A DNA stretch of 25,798 nucleotides, taken from assembly GCA_040289515.1 (NCBI GenBank), contig PSLI01000030.1, positions 1-25,798 of the forward strand, given 5' to 3'. The notes beneath the pieces were generated by a model. That model did no database searches, had not been told where the DNA came from, and saw only the letters and a list, made by a program, of their open reading frames with translations. A program made the translations under genes and the position numbers. This document shows positions 1 through 11,729 of the stretch, in pieces (positions within the stretch are counted from its first letter, which is position 1; each line of letters begins with the position of its first letter). This stretch comes from Candidatus Sysuimicrobiota bacterium. GTDB lineage: Bacteria > Sysuimicrobiota > Sysuimicrobiia > Sysuimicrobiales > Sysuimicrobiaceae.

Positions 1-55
1 GAGCGGCTGCCTTCTAAGCAGCATGTCGGGGGTTCGAATCCCTCCGGGCGCGCCA
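1..55 (+). tRNA. tRNA-Arg (anticodon TCT), 5' end cut off by window edge
   Basis: Anticodon arm GCTGC-CTTCTAA-GCAGC (TCT at 13-15), T-arm GGGGG-TTCGAAT-CCCTC, encoded 3' CCA at 53-55. Confidence 0.93.
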
Positions 56-155
56 GCTGAAATGCCCGCAGTACAGGAATTCCAGACTCCTCCGATCCTG
101 CGGGCGCATAGCGCTGCTGCCGCTTGTGCGCCTCGAATTCGTTGAGAGGGGCTGA

Positions 156-454
156 ATGAGTCAGAGCAAGGACCGGTCGGCAGGACCTGTGTCCGAAGAG
201 CCGGGCGGCCCGTCCGCGAGTGTCCTGTATGACGGGGTTCCCGCAGGGTGTGGGTCGTGGACCATTCCCGCCGGATGTACGTGGAGGTGGACGGCCACCT
301 GCTGCGGCAGCTCCGGCAGCAGACGGAAGCGCAGCTTTCTCAGCTGCCTCCGGCGTGGTACGAGCTAGCGCCTGAGGGTGTCCCAAGGCTAGTTAAAAAA
401 TCGAGGGAACAGCACCCGGTGCGGTGCATGGTAGCAAGCCAGAAAGCTACCTGA
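156..454 (+). pseudogene. Small hypothetical protein (about 99 aa), apparently split by a 1-nt frameshift near 247
   Basis: SD-like GAGAGGGG before ATG156. Adding one G to the GGG at 246-248 joins MSQSKD...VLYDGVPAG to VWVVDHSRRMYVEVDGHLLRQLRQQ...*454, whose first half uses host-like codons. No family recognised. Confidence 0.35.
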
Positions 455-486
455 TGAGGATCCATAGGGACAGGCCCCTGGTCTGA

Positions 487-3214
<2,728 letters not shown>

Positions 3215-3218
<4 letters not shown>

Positions 3219-3757
3219 CGGACGTCCCAGAAGAGGTCCTAGGTAGCCGCGTGGTGTTCGAGGGCCGCGTGGTGCGGGTGCGGGTGGATCAGGTGCGGCT
3301 GCGCAGCGGCCGCGTCACCATCCGGGAGATCGTGGAGCACCGGGGTGCCGTGGGGATGGTACCCCTCACCTCCGACGGCCGGGTTCTGCTGGTGCGCCAG
3401 TACCGACCGGCCCTGGGCGGCTGGACCCTGGAGATCCCCGCGGGCAGCCTGGAGCCCGGGGAGCAGCCCGAGGCGTGCGTACAGCGGGAGCTGGCGGAGG
3501 AGGTGGGTTTCGAGGCCGGACGGGTGGAGCACCTGCTGACCTTCGCCCCCTCTCCCGGGTTTTTGACAGAGCTGCTGCACCTGTACGTGTGCACGGAACT
3601 GCGAGCGCGGGTCCTTCCCCGGGAAGAGGAGGAAATGGAGGTGGTACCCGTGCCCCTGCGGGAGGCCCGGCAGTGGGTGGACCGCGGAGAGGTGCGGGAC
3701 GCCAAGAGCATCATCGGCCTGCTTCTGGCGTGGGAGCGGTATGGCGCGGGGGTCTGA
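3215..3757 (+). CDS. nudF: NUDIX hydrolase, ADP-ribose pyrophosphatase-like
   Basis: Nudix box GSLEPGEQPEACVQRELAEEVG, plus REIVEHRGAV, RQYR, SPG and DAKS motifs. GTGA overlap with ilvE; nudF-xerD-deoB synteny. Confidence 0.88.
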
Positions 3758-4676
3758 CCTGCCCGCGGGATTCGGTCGGGCGGTGGACGCCTTCCTGGAC
3801 TACCTGGGTGCGGAGCTGGGACTTTCGGAGCGCACCCGCGACGCGTACCGTGCGGACCTGGTGGATTTCGCGGGCTTTGCGGCCGGGCAGGGGACGCGGG
3901 GGCCCCAGGAGGTCCGCCGAGCGACCGTCACCCTGTACCTGTATTCCCTGAGGCGCAAGGGCCGCAGCCCCGCCACCGTGGCGCGGCGGCTGTCCGCCCT
4001 GCGTTCCTTCTACCGATTTCTGGTGCGGGAGGGATGGGTGAGCGGGGACCCCACCGAGGACGTGGCCTCACCGAAGCGCGGCGAGCGGCTGCCCAGGGTA
4101 CTTTCCGTGGAGGAGGTGGCGCGCCTGATGGCCCAGCCAGACCCCCGAACTCCGGAAGGCCTGCGGGACCGGGCCGTGCTCGAACTGCTGTATGGCAGCG
4201 GCCTGCGCGTATCAGAGCTGGTGGGCCTCGACGTGGGGGACGTGGACCTGGAAACGGAGCTGGTGCGCGTGGTGGGCAAGGGCAACCGACAGCGGGTGGT
4301 GCCCGTGGGGTCGCACGCGGTGCGGGCCCTGGAGGCGTACCTGAAGCTGGCGCGGGCCCGGCTGGCGCGGCACGCGGACGCCCTGTTCGTGAACCGCTCC
4401 GGCAAAAGGCTGTCCCGACAGCGGGTGTGGGCCGCCCTGCGGCGCTACGCCCTCGCCGCGGGGATCACCCGACGCGTGACCCCCCACATGCTCCGTCACT
4501 CCTTCGCCACCCACCTGCTGGAGGGCGGGGCGGATCTGCGCAGCGTACAGGAGCTGCTGGGCCACGCCCACATCGCCACCACACAGGTGTACACCCACCT
4601 GAGCCGCCCCCATGTCGTGCAGGTGTTCGACCGGGCCCACCCCCGGGACGGGTGGGAGGAGGGGAGGCCCCAGTGA
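3741..4676 (+). CDS. xerD: Site-specific tyrosine recombinase XerD (RipX-type)
   Basis: SAM-like N-terminal domain and catalytic motifs [31 protein letters not shown], ending HPR. Conserved context before deoB-punA. Confidence 0.93.
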   Translation: MARGSDLPAGFGRAVDAFLDYLGAELGLSERTRDAYRADLVDFAGFAAGQGTRGPQEVRRATVTLYLYSLRRKGRSPATVARRLSALRSFYRFLVREGWVSGDPTEDVASPKRGERLPRVLSVEEVARLMAQPDPRTPEGLRDRAVLELLYGSGLRVSELVGLDVGDVDLETELVRVVGKGNRQRVVPVGSHAVRALEAYLKLARARLARHADALFVNRSGKRLSRQRVWAALRRYALAAGITRRVTPHMLRHSFATHLLEGGADLRSVQELLGHAHIATTQVYTHLSRPHVVQVFDRAHPRDGWEEGRPQ

Positions 4677-4677
4677 G

Positions 4678-5853
4678 GTGTTGTTGAGCCGCTGCGTGGT
4701 GGTGGTTCTGGACGGCCTGGGCGTGGGAGAGCTGCCCGATGCAGGTCGGTACGGGGACCTGGGCTCCGCCACCCTCCAGAACACGGCCCGTGCGGTGGGC
4801 GGCTTGCACCTCCCGCACCTGCAAAGGCTGGGTCTGGGCAACATCGTGCCGGTGGGCGGCGTACCGCCCGCCGCGTCCCCCGAGGCGTGCTTCGGGCGCA
4901 TGGCGGAGCGCTCTCCCGGCAAGGACAGCACCACGGGCCACTGGGAGCTTGTGGGCGTGCATCTGGACCGGCCGTTCCCCACGTACCCCCAGGGGTTCCC
5001 CCCGGAGGTGATCGAGGCCTTCGAGCGCGCCATCGGTACCCGGATCCTCGGCAACCGTCCCGCCTCCGGTACCCAGATCATCGAGGAACTGGGCCCGGAG
5101 CACCTGCGGACGGGTTACCCCATCGTGTACACCTCCGCGGACAGTGTGTTCCAGATCGCCGCCCACGAGGAGGTGGTGCCCCCACAGCGGCTGTACGAAA
5201 TGTGCCGGATCGCCCGCCGCATCCTCCACGGCCCGCACGCCGTGAGCCGGGTGATCGCGCGCCCGTTTCGGGGAAGACCCGGCAGCTTCGTGCGCACCGC
5301 GGGCCGGAAGGACTTCTCTCTGGAACCCCCGCGTCCCACGGTCCTCGACCGGCTGGTGGAGGCGGGCTACCCCGTGTGGGCGGTGGGGAAGGTACTAGAC
5401 CTCTTCAGCGGCCGCGGCATCACCCGCAGCGTGCCCAGTCGCGACGACGTGGACGGGGTGTTGCAGACCGCCCAGCTGCTTCGGGAGCTGGATCGGGGGC
5501 TGGTGTTCACCACCCTGGTGGACCTGGATACCCGGTTCGGGCACCGCAATGACCCCGTGGGCTACGCATCCGACCTGCAGGCCATCGACGGTGCGTTACC
5601 GGCCCTGTGGGAGGCCCTGCGACCCGGGGACCTGGTGGTCCTCACCGCGGACCACGGGAACGACCCCACCACGCCCAGCACCGACCACTCCCGGGAGTAC
5701 GTCCCGCTCCTCGCGTACGGACCCGGGTGGAAGGCAGGGGTGGACCTGGGCGTCCGCGAAACCTTCTCCGACGTGGGGGCCACGGTGGCGGAGGCCCTGG
5801 GTGTAGCCTGGGACGGGCCCGGCCGGAGCTTTTTGCGGGAGCTTGCGGGATGA
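4678..5853 (+). CDS. deoB: Phosphopentomutase
   Basis: [70 protein letters not shown]. Start may be GTG4678 or TTG4681/4684. Confidence 0.96.
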   Translation: MLLSRCVVVVLDGLGVGELPDAGRYGDLGSATLQNTARAVGGLHLPHLQRLGLGNIVPVGGVPPAASPEACFGRMAERSPGKDSTTGHWELVGVHLDRPFPTYPQGFPPEVIEAFERAIGTRILGNRPASGTQIIEELGPEHLRTGYPIVYTSADSVFQIAAHEEVVPPQRLYEMCRIARRILHGPHAVSRVIARPFRGRPGSFVRTAGRKDFSLEPPRPTVLDRLVEAGYPVWAVGKVLDLFSGRGITRSVPSRDDVDGVLQTAQLLRELDRGLVFTTLVDLDTRFGHRNDPVGYASDLQAIDGALPALWEALRPGDLVVLTADHGNDPTTPSTDHSREYVPLLAYGPGWKAGVDLGVRETFSDVGATVAEALGVAWDGPGRSFLRELAG

Positions 5854-6680
5854 CCTCGGAGCTGCGGCGGCGGATGGAGGAGGCCGCCTCTGCCGTCCGC
5901 GCGGCGGTCCCGTTTGAACCCAGGGTGGCGGTGGTGCTCGGGTCGGGGCTGGGCGGGCTGGTGGACCATGTCCAGCCCGTGGGTGTGGTTCCCTACACGG
6001 AGATTCCCTTCTTCCCCGCGACGACGGTGGAAGGCCACGCGGGCCGCCTGGTACTGGGGTGGCTGGAGAGTAAGCCCGTGGCCGTCCTGCAGGGTCGGGT
6101 GCATTTGTACGAGGGCTACAGCGCTCAAGAAGTGGTCTTCCCGATCCGCGTGTTGTACGCCCTGGGTTGCCGGACCGTCCTGGTGAGCAACGCGGCGGGC
6201 GGGCTGAACCGGGAGTGGCGGGCGGGCGACCTCATGGTCATCACCGACCACATCAACTTTCAGGGCACCAACCCCCTGGTGGGACCCAACGATGACCGCC
6301 TGGGACCCCGGTTCCCGGACATGTCCACGCCCTACGACCGCGGGCTGGTGGAGCTGGCGGAGCGCTGCGCGCTACAGGAGGGCATCGTGCTCCGCCGGGG
6401 GGTGTACGTGGCCGTGCTGGGCCCCTCGTACGAGACCGCGGCGGAGCTGCGTATGCTCCGCGGCTTCGGAGCGGACGCGGTGGGAATGTCCACGGTGCCA
6501 GAGGTGATTGCGGCCCGGCACCTGGGGATGCGGGTGCTGGGCCTTTCGGCCATCACCGACATGGCCACCGGGGAGGTGGTACAGCCGGTGACCCACGAGG
6601 AGGTGCTGCGGGTGGCGCGGGAGCTGGAGCCACGGTTCGTGCGCCTGGTGCGCCGCATCGTGCGGGAGATGGAGCTGTAG
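5850..6680 (+). CDS. punA: Purine-nucleoside phosphorylase, trimeric (PNP I/XapA) family
   Basis: [48 protein letters not shown] overlap with the deoB stop. Confidence 0.95.
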   Translation: MTSELRRRMEEAASAVRAAVPFEPRVAVVLGSGLGGLVDHVQPVGVVPYTEIPFFPATTVEGHAGRLVLGWLESKPVAVLQGRVHLYEGYSAQEVVFPIRVLYALGCRTVLVSNAAGGLNREWRAGDLMVITDHINFQGTNPLVGPNDDRLGPRFPDMSTPYDRGLVELAERCALQEGIVLRRGVYVAVLGPSYETAAELRMLRGFGADAVGMSTVPEVIAARHLGMRVLGLSAITDMATGEVVQPVTHEEVLRVARELEPRFVRLVRRIVREMEL

Positions 6681-6702
6681 CCGGCGCACCCGGGAGGCGT
6701 GC

Positions 6703-8007
6703 GTGCGGCCCTACGACCTTATCCGCAAGAAAAGGGACGGAGGTGAGCTCACCCCGGAGGAGATCATGTTCCTGGTCCACGGGTTCCTGCAGGGCCAGGT
6801 GGCGGATTACCAGGTGAGTGCGTGGCTGATGGCGGTCTACTTCCGGGGTATGACGGACCGGGAGACCGCGGACCTCACCCTGGCGATGGCTCGGTCCGGG
6901 CGCATGCTGGACCTGCGGGACATCCCGGGCGTGAAGGTGGACAAGCACAGCAGCGGGGGCGTGGGGGACAAAACCTCCTTGGTCCTAGTGCCGCTGGTGG
7001 CCTCCTGCGGGGTTCCGGTGCCCAAGATGTCCGGGCGCGGGCTGGGCCATACGGGGGGCACCCTGGACAAGCTGGAGTCCATCCCGGGGCTGCGGACGGA
7101 GCTTTCCGTGGAGACCTTCACGGAGCAGGTCCGGCGCATCGGCTGCGCCATCGCGGGCCAGACAGCGGACCTGGTGCCCGCGGACAAGAAACTGTACGCC
7201 CTCCGGGACGTGACGGCCACGGTGGACAGCCTTCCGTTGATCGCCAGCAGCATCATGAGCAAGAAGATCGCGGGGGGCGCGGACGCCATCGTGCTGGACG
7301 TGAAGACCGGGAGCGGGGCCTTCGTGAAGGAGGTGGAGGCGGCGCACGCACTGGGCCGGGCCATGGTGGCCATCGGAAGCCGCCTGGGCCGGCGGACGGT
7401 GGCCCTGGTGACGGATATGGACCAGCCTCTAGGGCACGCGGTGGGCAACGCGGTAGAAGTACAGGAGGCGGTGGCCACCCTGCGAGGTGAGGGGCCGGGG
7501 GATCTCACGGAGCTGTGCCTGAGCCTGGGTGTGGAGATGCTGCGCCTGGGCGGCCGAGTGCAGGACGCCGGGGAGGGCCGGCGGCTGCTGCAAGAGCGCC
7601 TGCGGGACGGCGGGGGCCTGAGCAAGTTCCAGGAGATGGTGCGGGCACAAGGCGGGGATCCTTCCGTGGTGGAGCATCCGGAGCGGCTTCCCGCCGCACC
7701 CGTCACCGCAGAGGTCCCTGCGCCCGAGGACGGTTACGTGCAGGGGATCGACACGGAGGCCGTGGGACGGGTGGCGATGGCCCTGGGAGCGGGTCGGGTG
7801 AGGGTCGGAGACCGGGTGGATCCCGCCGTGGGGATCATGGTACTCGCGAAGCGGGGCACCCGGGTGGAGCGCCAGCACGTGCTGGCCCTGGTTCATGCGC
7901 GCACGGAGGAAGCCGCCCGGGCGGCGGTGCGTAGCCTGCAGGAGGCCTACCGGATCGGGGCCGCGCCCCCGCCGGCCCGGCCGCTGGTGCACGGGCGGGT
8001 GGAGTGA
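6703..8007 (+). CDS. pdp: Pyrimidine-nucleoside (thymidine) phosphorylase
   Basis: IRKKRDG, DKHSSGGVGDK, KMSGRGLGHTGGTLDKLESIPG, LYALRDVTATV, SIMSKK. GGAGG SD. Confidence 0.97.
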   Translation: MRPYDLIRKKRDGGELTPEEIMFLVHGFLQGQVADYQVSAWLMAVYFRGMTDRETADLTLAMARSGRMLDLRDIPGVKVDKHSSGGVGDKTSLVLVPLVASCGVPVPKMSGRGLGHTGGTLDKLESIPGLRTELSVETFTEQVRRIGCAIAGQTADLVPADKKLYALRDVTATVDSLPLIASSIMSKKIAGGADAIVLDVKTGSGAFVKEVEAAHALGRAMVAIGSRLGRRTVALVTDMDQPLGHAVGNAVEVQEAVATLRGEGPGDLTELCLSLGVEMLRLGGRVQDAGEGRRLLQERLRDGGGLSKFQEMVRAQGGDPSVVEHPERLPAAPVTAEVPAPEDGYVQGIDTEAVGRVAMALGAGRVRVGDRVDPAVGIMVLAKRGTRVERQHVLALVHARTEEAARAAVRSLQEAYRIGAAPPPARPLVHGRVE

Positions 8008-8008
8008 C

Positions 8009-8587
8009 GTGCGCATCGTGGTCCCCTCCGGTGCCCTGGTGATCCTGGTGGGACCCGCGGGCAGCGGGAAGACCACCTTCGCCCGGCGCCACTTCCAGGA
8101 GACGGAGGTGGTAAGCAGCGACCGATGCCGGGCCATGATCTCCGACGACGAATCCGACATGAGCGTGAGCGGCCGGGCGTTCCAGCTGTTCCATGAGATT
8201 TTGCGGCACCGCCTGGAGCTGGGGCGGGTGGCGGTGGCGGACAGCACCGCGGTTACCGCCAGGGCGCGCGGGGAGCTGCGGGACCTCGCGCGCCGGTGTG
8301 GAGCCCCCACGGTGGTGATCGCCTTCCACGTCCCCCTGGACGTGTGCCTGGAGCGCAACGAGCGGCGCGCCCGAAAGGTGGCTCCAGAGGTGGTGGAGCG
8401 CCAGTTCCAGCTGATGCGCCAGGCGCTGGAGCGGATCCCCACAGAGGGATACGACGCGTGGTACGTGCTGGATGTAGCCGGACAGGAGGAAGCCCAGGTG
8501 GAGGTTCTCCGGGCCGCGGATCGTGGGGGACTCTCCCCGCTGGCACGGTGTGGCAGTCCGGAAGGTCCACACAAGGAAGGGAGGTGA
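8009..8587 (+). CDS. Stand-alone P-loop kinase resembling the N-terminal 5'-kinase module of bacterial Pnkp (AAA_33-like), 192 aa
   Basis: LVILVGPAGSGKTTFARRHF, VSSDRCRAMISDDESD, VADST, CLERNERR, EGY, all collinear with the Pnkp kinase domain. No phosphatase or ligase domain follows. Confidence 0.85.
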   Translation: MRIVVPSGALVILVGPAGSGKTTFARRHFQETEVVSSDRCRAMISDDESDMSVSGRAFQLFHEILRHRLELGRVAVADSTAVTARARGELRDLARRCGAPTVVIAFHVPLDVCLERNERRARKVAPEVVERQFQLMRQALERIPTEGYDAWYVLDVAGQEEAQVEVLRAADRGGLSPLARCGSPEGPHKEGR

Positions 8588-8592
8588 TGCGC

Positions 8593-9447
8593 ATGGCGAT
8601 CCGGACGGTGGGGGTGGTGGGCTGCGGCCTTATGGGCTCGGGGATCGTGGAGACCTGCGCCCGCAGCGGGTATGCGGTGGTGGTCCGGGAGGTCAGCGAG
8701 GAGCTCCTGCAGCGGGGCTTGCGGCGGGTACAGGAGTCCATGGCTCGTGCGGTGGAGCGGGGGAAGCTGACCGCGCAGGACCGCGATGCCGCCTGGAGCC
8801 GAATTCGCGGCACGGTGCGGATGGAAGACCTGCGAGACTGCGACCTGGTGATCGAGGCTGCGGTGGAACGCATGGACGTAAAGAAGGAGATCTGGCGGGA
8901 GCTGGACCGCATCTGCCCGCCCCACACCCTCTTCTGCAGCAATACGTCCTCCTTGTCCATCACCGAACAGGCCTCCGTTACCGGGCGGGGCGACCGGTTC
9001 TGCGGGATGCACTTCTTCAACCCAGTGCCCGTGATGAAGCTGGTGGAGCTCGTGCGGGGTTACCTGACCAGCGACCAGACGGTGGCCACCTGCCGGGCCT
9101 TCGCGGAGTCCTTGGGCAAAACCGTGGTGGTAACCAAGGACCACCCCGGATTCATCGTGAACTACCTACTGGTGCCCTTCCTCCTGGACGCGGTGCGGGC
9201 CCTGGAGAAGGGGCTGGCCACGAAGGAGGAGATCGACACCGCGGTCCAGCTGGGTCTGAACCATCCCATGGGGCCTTTGACCCTGCTGGATTTCGTGGGC
9301 ATCGACACCACCTACTACATCGCGGAGGCCATGTACCAGGAGCTGAAGGACCCCCGCTATGCCCCGCCCCTGCTGCTCAAGCAGATGGCGCTGGCGGGCG
9401 ACCACGGCCGCAAGACGGGGAAGGGTTTTTACGAGTACGGGGGCTGA
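8593..9447 (+). CDS. hbd: 3-hydroxybutyryl-CoA dehydrogenase
   Basis: GVVGCGLMGSGI, VIEAAVE, SNTSSLSIT, GMHFFNPVPVMKLVE, PGFIVN, HPMGPLTLLDFVGID, GRKTGKGFY. Alternative ATG at 8587 overlaps the upstream stop. Confidence 0.95.
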   Translation: MAIRTVGVVGCGLMGSGIVETCARSGYAVVVREVSEELLQRGLRRVQESMARAVERGKLTAQDRDAAWSRIRGTVRMEDLRDCDLVIEAAVERMDVKKEIWRELDRICPPHTLFCSNTSSLSITEQASVTGRGDRFCGMHFFNPVPVMKLVELVRGYLTSDQTVATCRAFAESLGKTVVVTKDHPGFIVNYLLVPFLLDAVRALEKGLATKEEIDTAVQLGLNHPMGPLTLLDFVGIDTTYYIAEAMYQELKDPRYAPPLLLKQMALAGDHGRKTGKGFYEYGG

Positions 9448-9483
9448 TCCCTGCAAGGTTTTCGGGCTTACAATGCGGTTGAG

Positions 9484-10305
9484 ATGCCGCTGCGGGTAGA
9501 GGATCTGCAGGAGCTGGTCCGGCTGCTGGAGCGGGAGCCGCAGTGGAGGGACACCCTGCGCGCAATCCTGTGGAGCGACGAGGACCTGGTGCGCTGGCTG
9601 CGAGCGCCTGCCCCGCTTGCTGCAGGAGGACCCCCGGCTGGGGGCAGAGGTGGTGGGGGTGCTGGCCCAGACCCTGAGCCCGCGGTCGGAGCTGATCCAG
9701 TGCTGGAGGAGATCCGCCTGCGGGAGGGGTCTGCCAAGCGGTTCGAGGCTTTGGACGAACGGTTCCGGGCGCTGCAGGAGGACATGGATCGCCGGTTCCA
9801 GGCCGTGGAGGAGCGATTCCGGGTGTTGCAGGAGGAGATGGACCGCCGGTTCGCGCTCCAGGCCGACCTGCTCCACGCCCAGGACCGACAGCTGCGCTAC
9901 CTGAGGGTGGGGTTCGGGCGGTTGGGACGGCGCCTGGGGGTGGGTTTTGAGGAGGCTGCGCGCCGCATCGTGGAGGAGTTCACGGGTGTGGGTCCTCTCA
10001 AGGCGGAGCGCCTGACCCTCCGGGACGAGGCGGGGGAGGTGTTTGGTGTCCCGGGCCAGGTGGTGGCGTTCGACGCCTTCGTGCACGACGCGGAGCGTTT
10101 CCTCGTGGAAGTAAAGGCCTTCGCAGAGCGGGAGGATGTGTTGTTGTTCCGGCGGAAGGTGGAGTTCGCCGCGGGCAGGCTGGCAGGTCCGTTCCGCGCG
10201 GTGCTGGTGGCTCCCTTCGCGCACCCACGGGCGGTGGAGGCTGCCTGGGAGCTGGGTGTGACGCTTCTGGCGGAAGCAGAAGGGGAGGAGGCGCCGGAGC
10301 CCTGA
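9484..10305 (+). CDS. Coiled-coil protein with a C-terminal PD-(D/E)XK nuclease-like domain (DUF3782-like), containing an internally frameshifted segment
   Basis: RFEAL/MDRRF coiled-coil repeats, LGRRLGVGFEEAAR, DEAGEVFG, D...LVEVK, FRRKVEF, AWELGV. Segment 9602-9700 reads better in the +1 frame. TACAAT lies 9 nt before the ATG. Confidence 0.75.
   Translation: MPLRVEDLQELVRLLEREPQWRDTLRAILWSDEDLVRWLRAPAPLAAGGPPAGGRGGGGAGPDPEPAVGADPVLEEIRLREGSAKRFEALDERFRALQEDMDRRFQAVEERFRVLQEEMDRRFALQADLLHAQDRQLRYLRVGFGRLGRRLGVGFEEAARRIVEEFTGVGPLKAERLTLRDEAGEVFGVPGQVVAFDAFVHDAERFLVEVKAFAEREDVLLFRRKVEFAAGRLAGPFRAVLVAPFAHPRAVEAAWELGVTLLAEAEGEEAPEP
9739..9852 (+). repeat. Imperfect 54-bp (18-aa) tandem repeat, about 2.1 copies, encoding a coiled coil
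   Basis: RFEALDERFRALQEDMDR / RFQAVEERFRVLQEEMDR / RF, with 7+11 residue periodicity. Confidence 0.85.
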
Positions 10306-10320
10306 GCCCGGCCTGCACCC

Positions 10321-11235
10321 TTACCCGGCCGCAGCGGCGCGGGGCGCCCCCGCCTGCAGGTACCGGGAGGGTAGCTTGCGCCCCAGTACGGACTCCAGGG
10401 TGCGGGAGGCAGCACACACACGTTCCAGGTCCACGCCTGTGCGTACGCCCATGCCGTGCAGCATGTACAGCACGTCCTCCGTGGCCACGTTGCCCAGCGC
10501 TCCGGGGGCGAACGGGCACCCCCCGAGACCACCCGCGGATGCATCCACGGTGGTAATGCCTACCTGCAGGCTGGCGAGCACGTTGGCCAGCCCCGTGCCC
10601 CGGGTGTCATGGAAGTGGACCCCGAGGCGGTGCGGGCAGACTTCGCGCAGGAAGAGCTCCAGGAGCTCCTGCACCTGCCGGGGCGTGGCGGCACCCACCG
10701 TGTCCGCCACGCCGAGCTCCGCGCAACCCATCTCCAGCAGTTCCAGGGCCACGCGCCGCACCGCCTGCGGGTCCACGGGCCCCGTATATGGACACCACCA
10801 CGCCACGGACACATAGCCGCGCACCAGCATCCCGCCGGCCTGGGCTTCACGCACCACGTCCCGGAGGGTGCGCAGGGAGTCGTCCACCGACATGCCGAGG
10901 TTGGCACGCGCAAAAGCATCCGTGGCCGCGGTGAACACCGCCACCGCCCGCACCCCGCAGGCCGCGGCACGCTCCAGCCCCCGCACGTTGGGCACGAGGG
11001 CCACATACGTCACGCCTCGCCGGGGCCGCAGCCGGCGGAACACCTCGTCCGTGTCCGCCATCTGTGGGACCCGGTCAGGCCGCACGAAGGACCCCACCTC
11101 GATCCACTGGAGGCCCGCGTCCGCCAGCGCCTCCACAAAGGCCACCTTGGCCTCCGTGGGCACCCGCTCCGGCTCATTCTGGAGCCCATCCCGGGGTCCC
11201 ACCTCCACCATCCGAACCCACACAGGCAGGTTCAC
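10321..11235 (-). CDS. hmgL: Hydroxymethylglutaryl-CoA lyase (LiuE/YngG-like)
   Basis: EVGPRDGLQNE, VPQMAD, HFHDTRG, GGLGGCPFAPGALGNVATED. Confidence 0.96.
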   Translation of the reverse strand: MNLPVWVRMVEVGPRDGLQNEPERVPTEAKVAFVEALADAGLQWIEVGSFVRPDRVPQMADTDEVFRRLRPRRGVTYVALVPNVRGLERAAACGVRAVAVFTAATDAFARANLGMSVDDSLRTLRDVVREAQAGGMLVRGYVSVAWWCPYTGPVDPQAVRRVALELLEMGCAELGVADTVGAATPRQVQELLELFLREVCPHRLGVHFHDTRGTGLANVLASLQVGITTVDASAGGLGGCPFAPGALGNVATEDVLYMLHGMGVRTGVDLERVCAASRTLESVLGRKLPSRYLQAGAPRAAAAG

Positions 11236-11729
11236 GGTCCCCCCTCCAACTCCACCACGACCGCGCCGCCCTCCACCTGCTGCCCGGGTTGCGCCAGCAC
11301 CCGACGCACGCGTGCGGGCCTGGGGGCGCGCACCACGGTCTCGATCTTCATGGCCTCCACCACGTACAGGGGCTGGCCCGCGGCCACCTCCTGGCCGGGC
11401 TGCACCAGCACCCGGGTCAGCAGGCCGGGCAAGGGCGTCCGCACATCCTGCTCCGGCTCCGGGCCGCGGGGCCCTGCTGCGTGCCGGGCGCGGCTGACGG
11501 TGTACGCGTGACCGTCCCAGTGCAGGTGTATGGTGTCCTCCTCGCGGGCGTAGAAAGCCATCCGGCGAAGGTCTTCCACCACCGCCTCCAGCACGCCGGG
11601 CTCCACCTCCCGGACCCGTACCCTAAGCGCTCGTTCGCCCACGAGTACCACGACCTCCTCGCCGGCTGCGCGGAGCTCCAGCGCCACGTGTTGCCCGCCG
11701 GCTATGAGGTACAGCTGTCCGGGCCTCAC
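11232..11729 (-). CDS. Biotin carboxyl carrier subunit (BT barrel plus biotinyl domain) of methylcrotonyl-CoA carboxylase, 165 aa
   Basis: TPLPG...V.PGQEV..GQPL.VVEAMKIE biotinylation motif. GTGA overlaps with both neighbours; probable start GTG11729. Confidence 0.88.
   Translation of the reverse strand: MRPGQLYLIAGGQHVALELRAAGEEVVVLVGERALRVRVREVEPGVLEAVVEDLRRMAFYAREEDTIHLHWDGHAYTVSRARHAAGPRGPEPEQDVRTPLPGLLTRVLVQPGQEVAAGQPLYVVEAMKIETVVRAPRPARVRRVLAQPGQQVEGGAVVVELEGGP

Noticed and set aside
430..480. CTGATGAG at 451-458 resembling a hammerhead ribozyme core
   Set aside because: No stem II followed by GAAA downstream, and the upstream GAAA is only 5 nt away, leaving no room for stems I and III.
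3741..4676. Phage or island integrase
   Set aside because: Length, C-terminal HPR and synteny match chromosomal XerD/RipX; no arm-binding domain or mobile cargo.
9739..9852. CRISPR-like or non-coding repeat array
   Set aside because: The repeats are in-frame, degenerate and spacer-less, so they encode a coiled coil.
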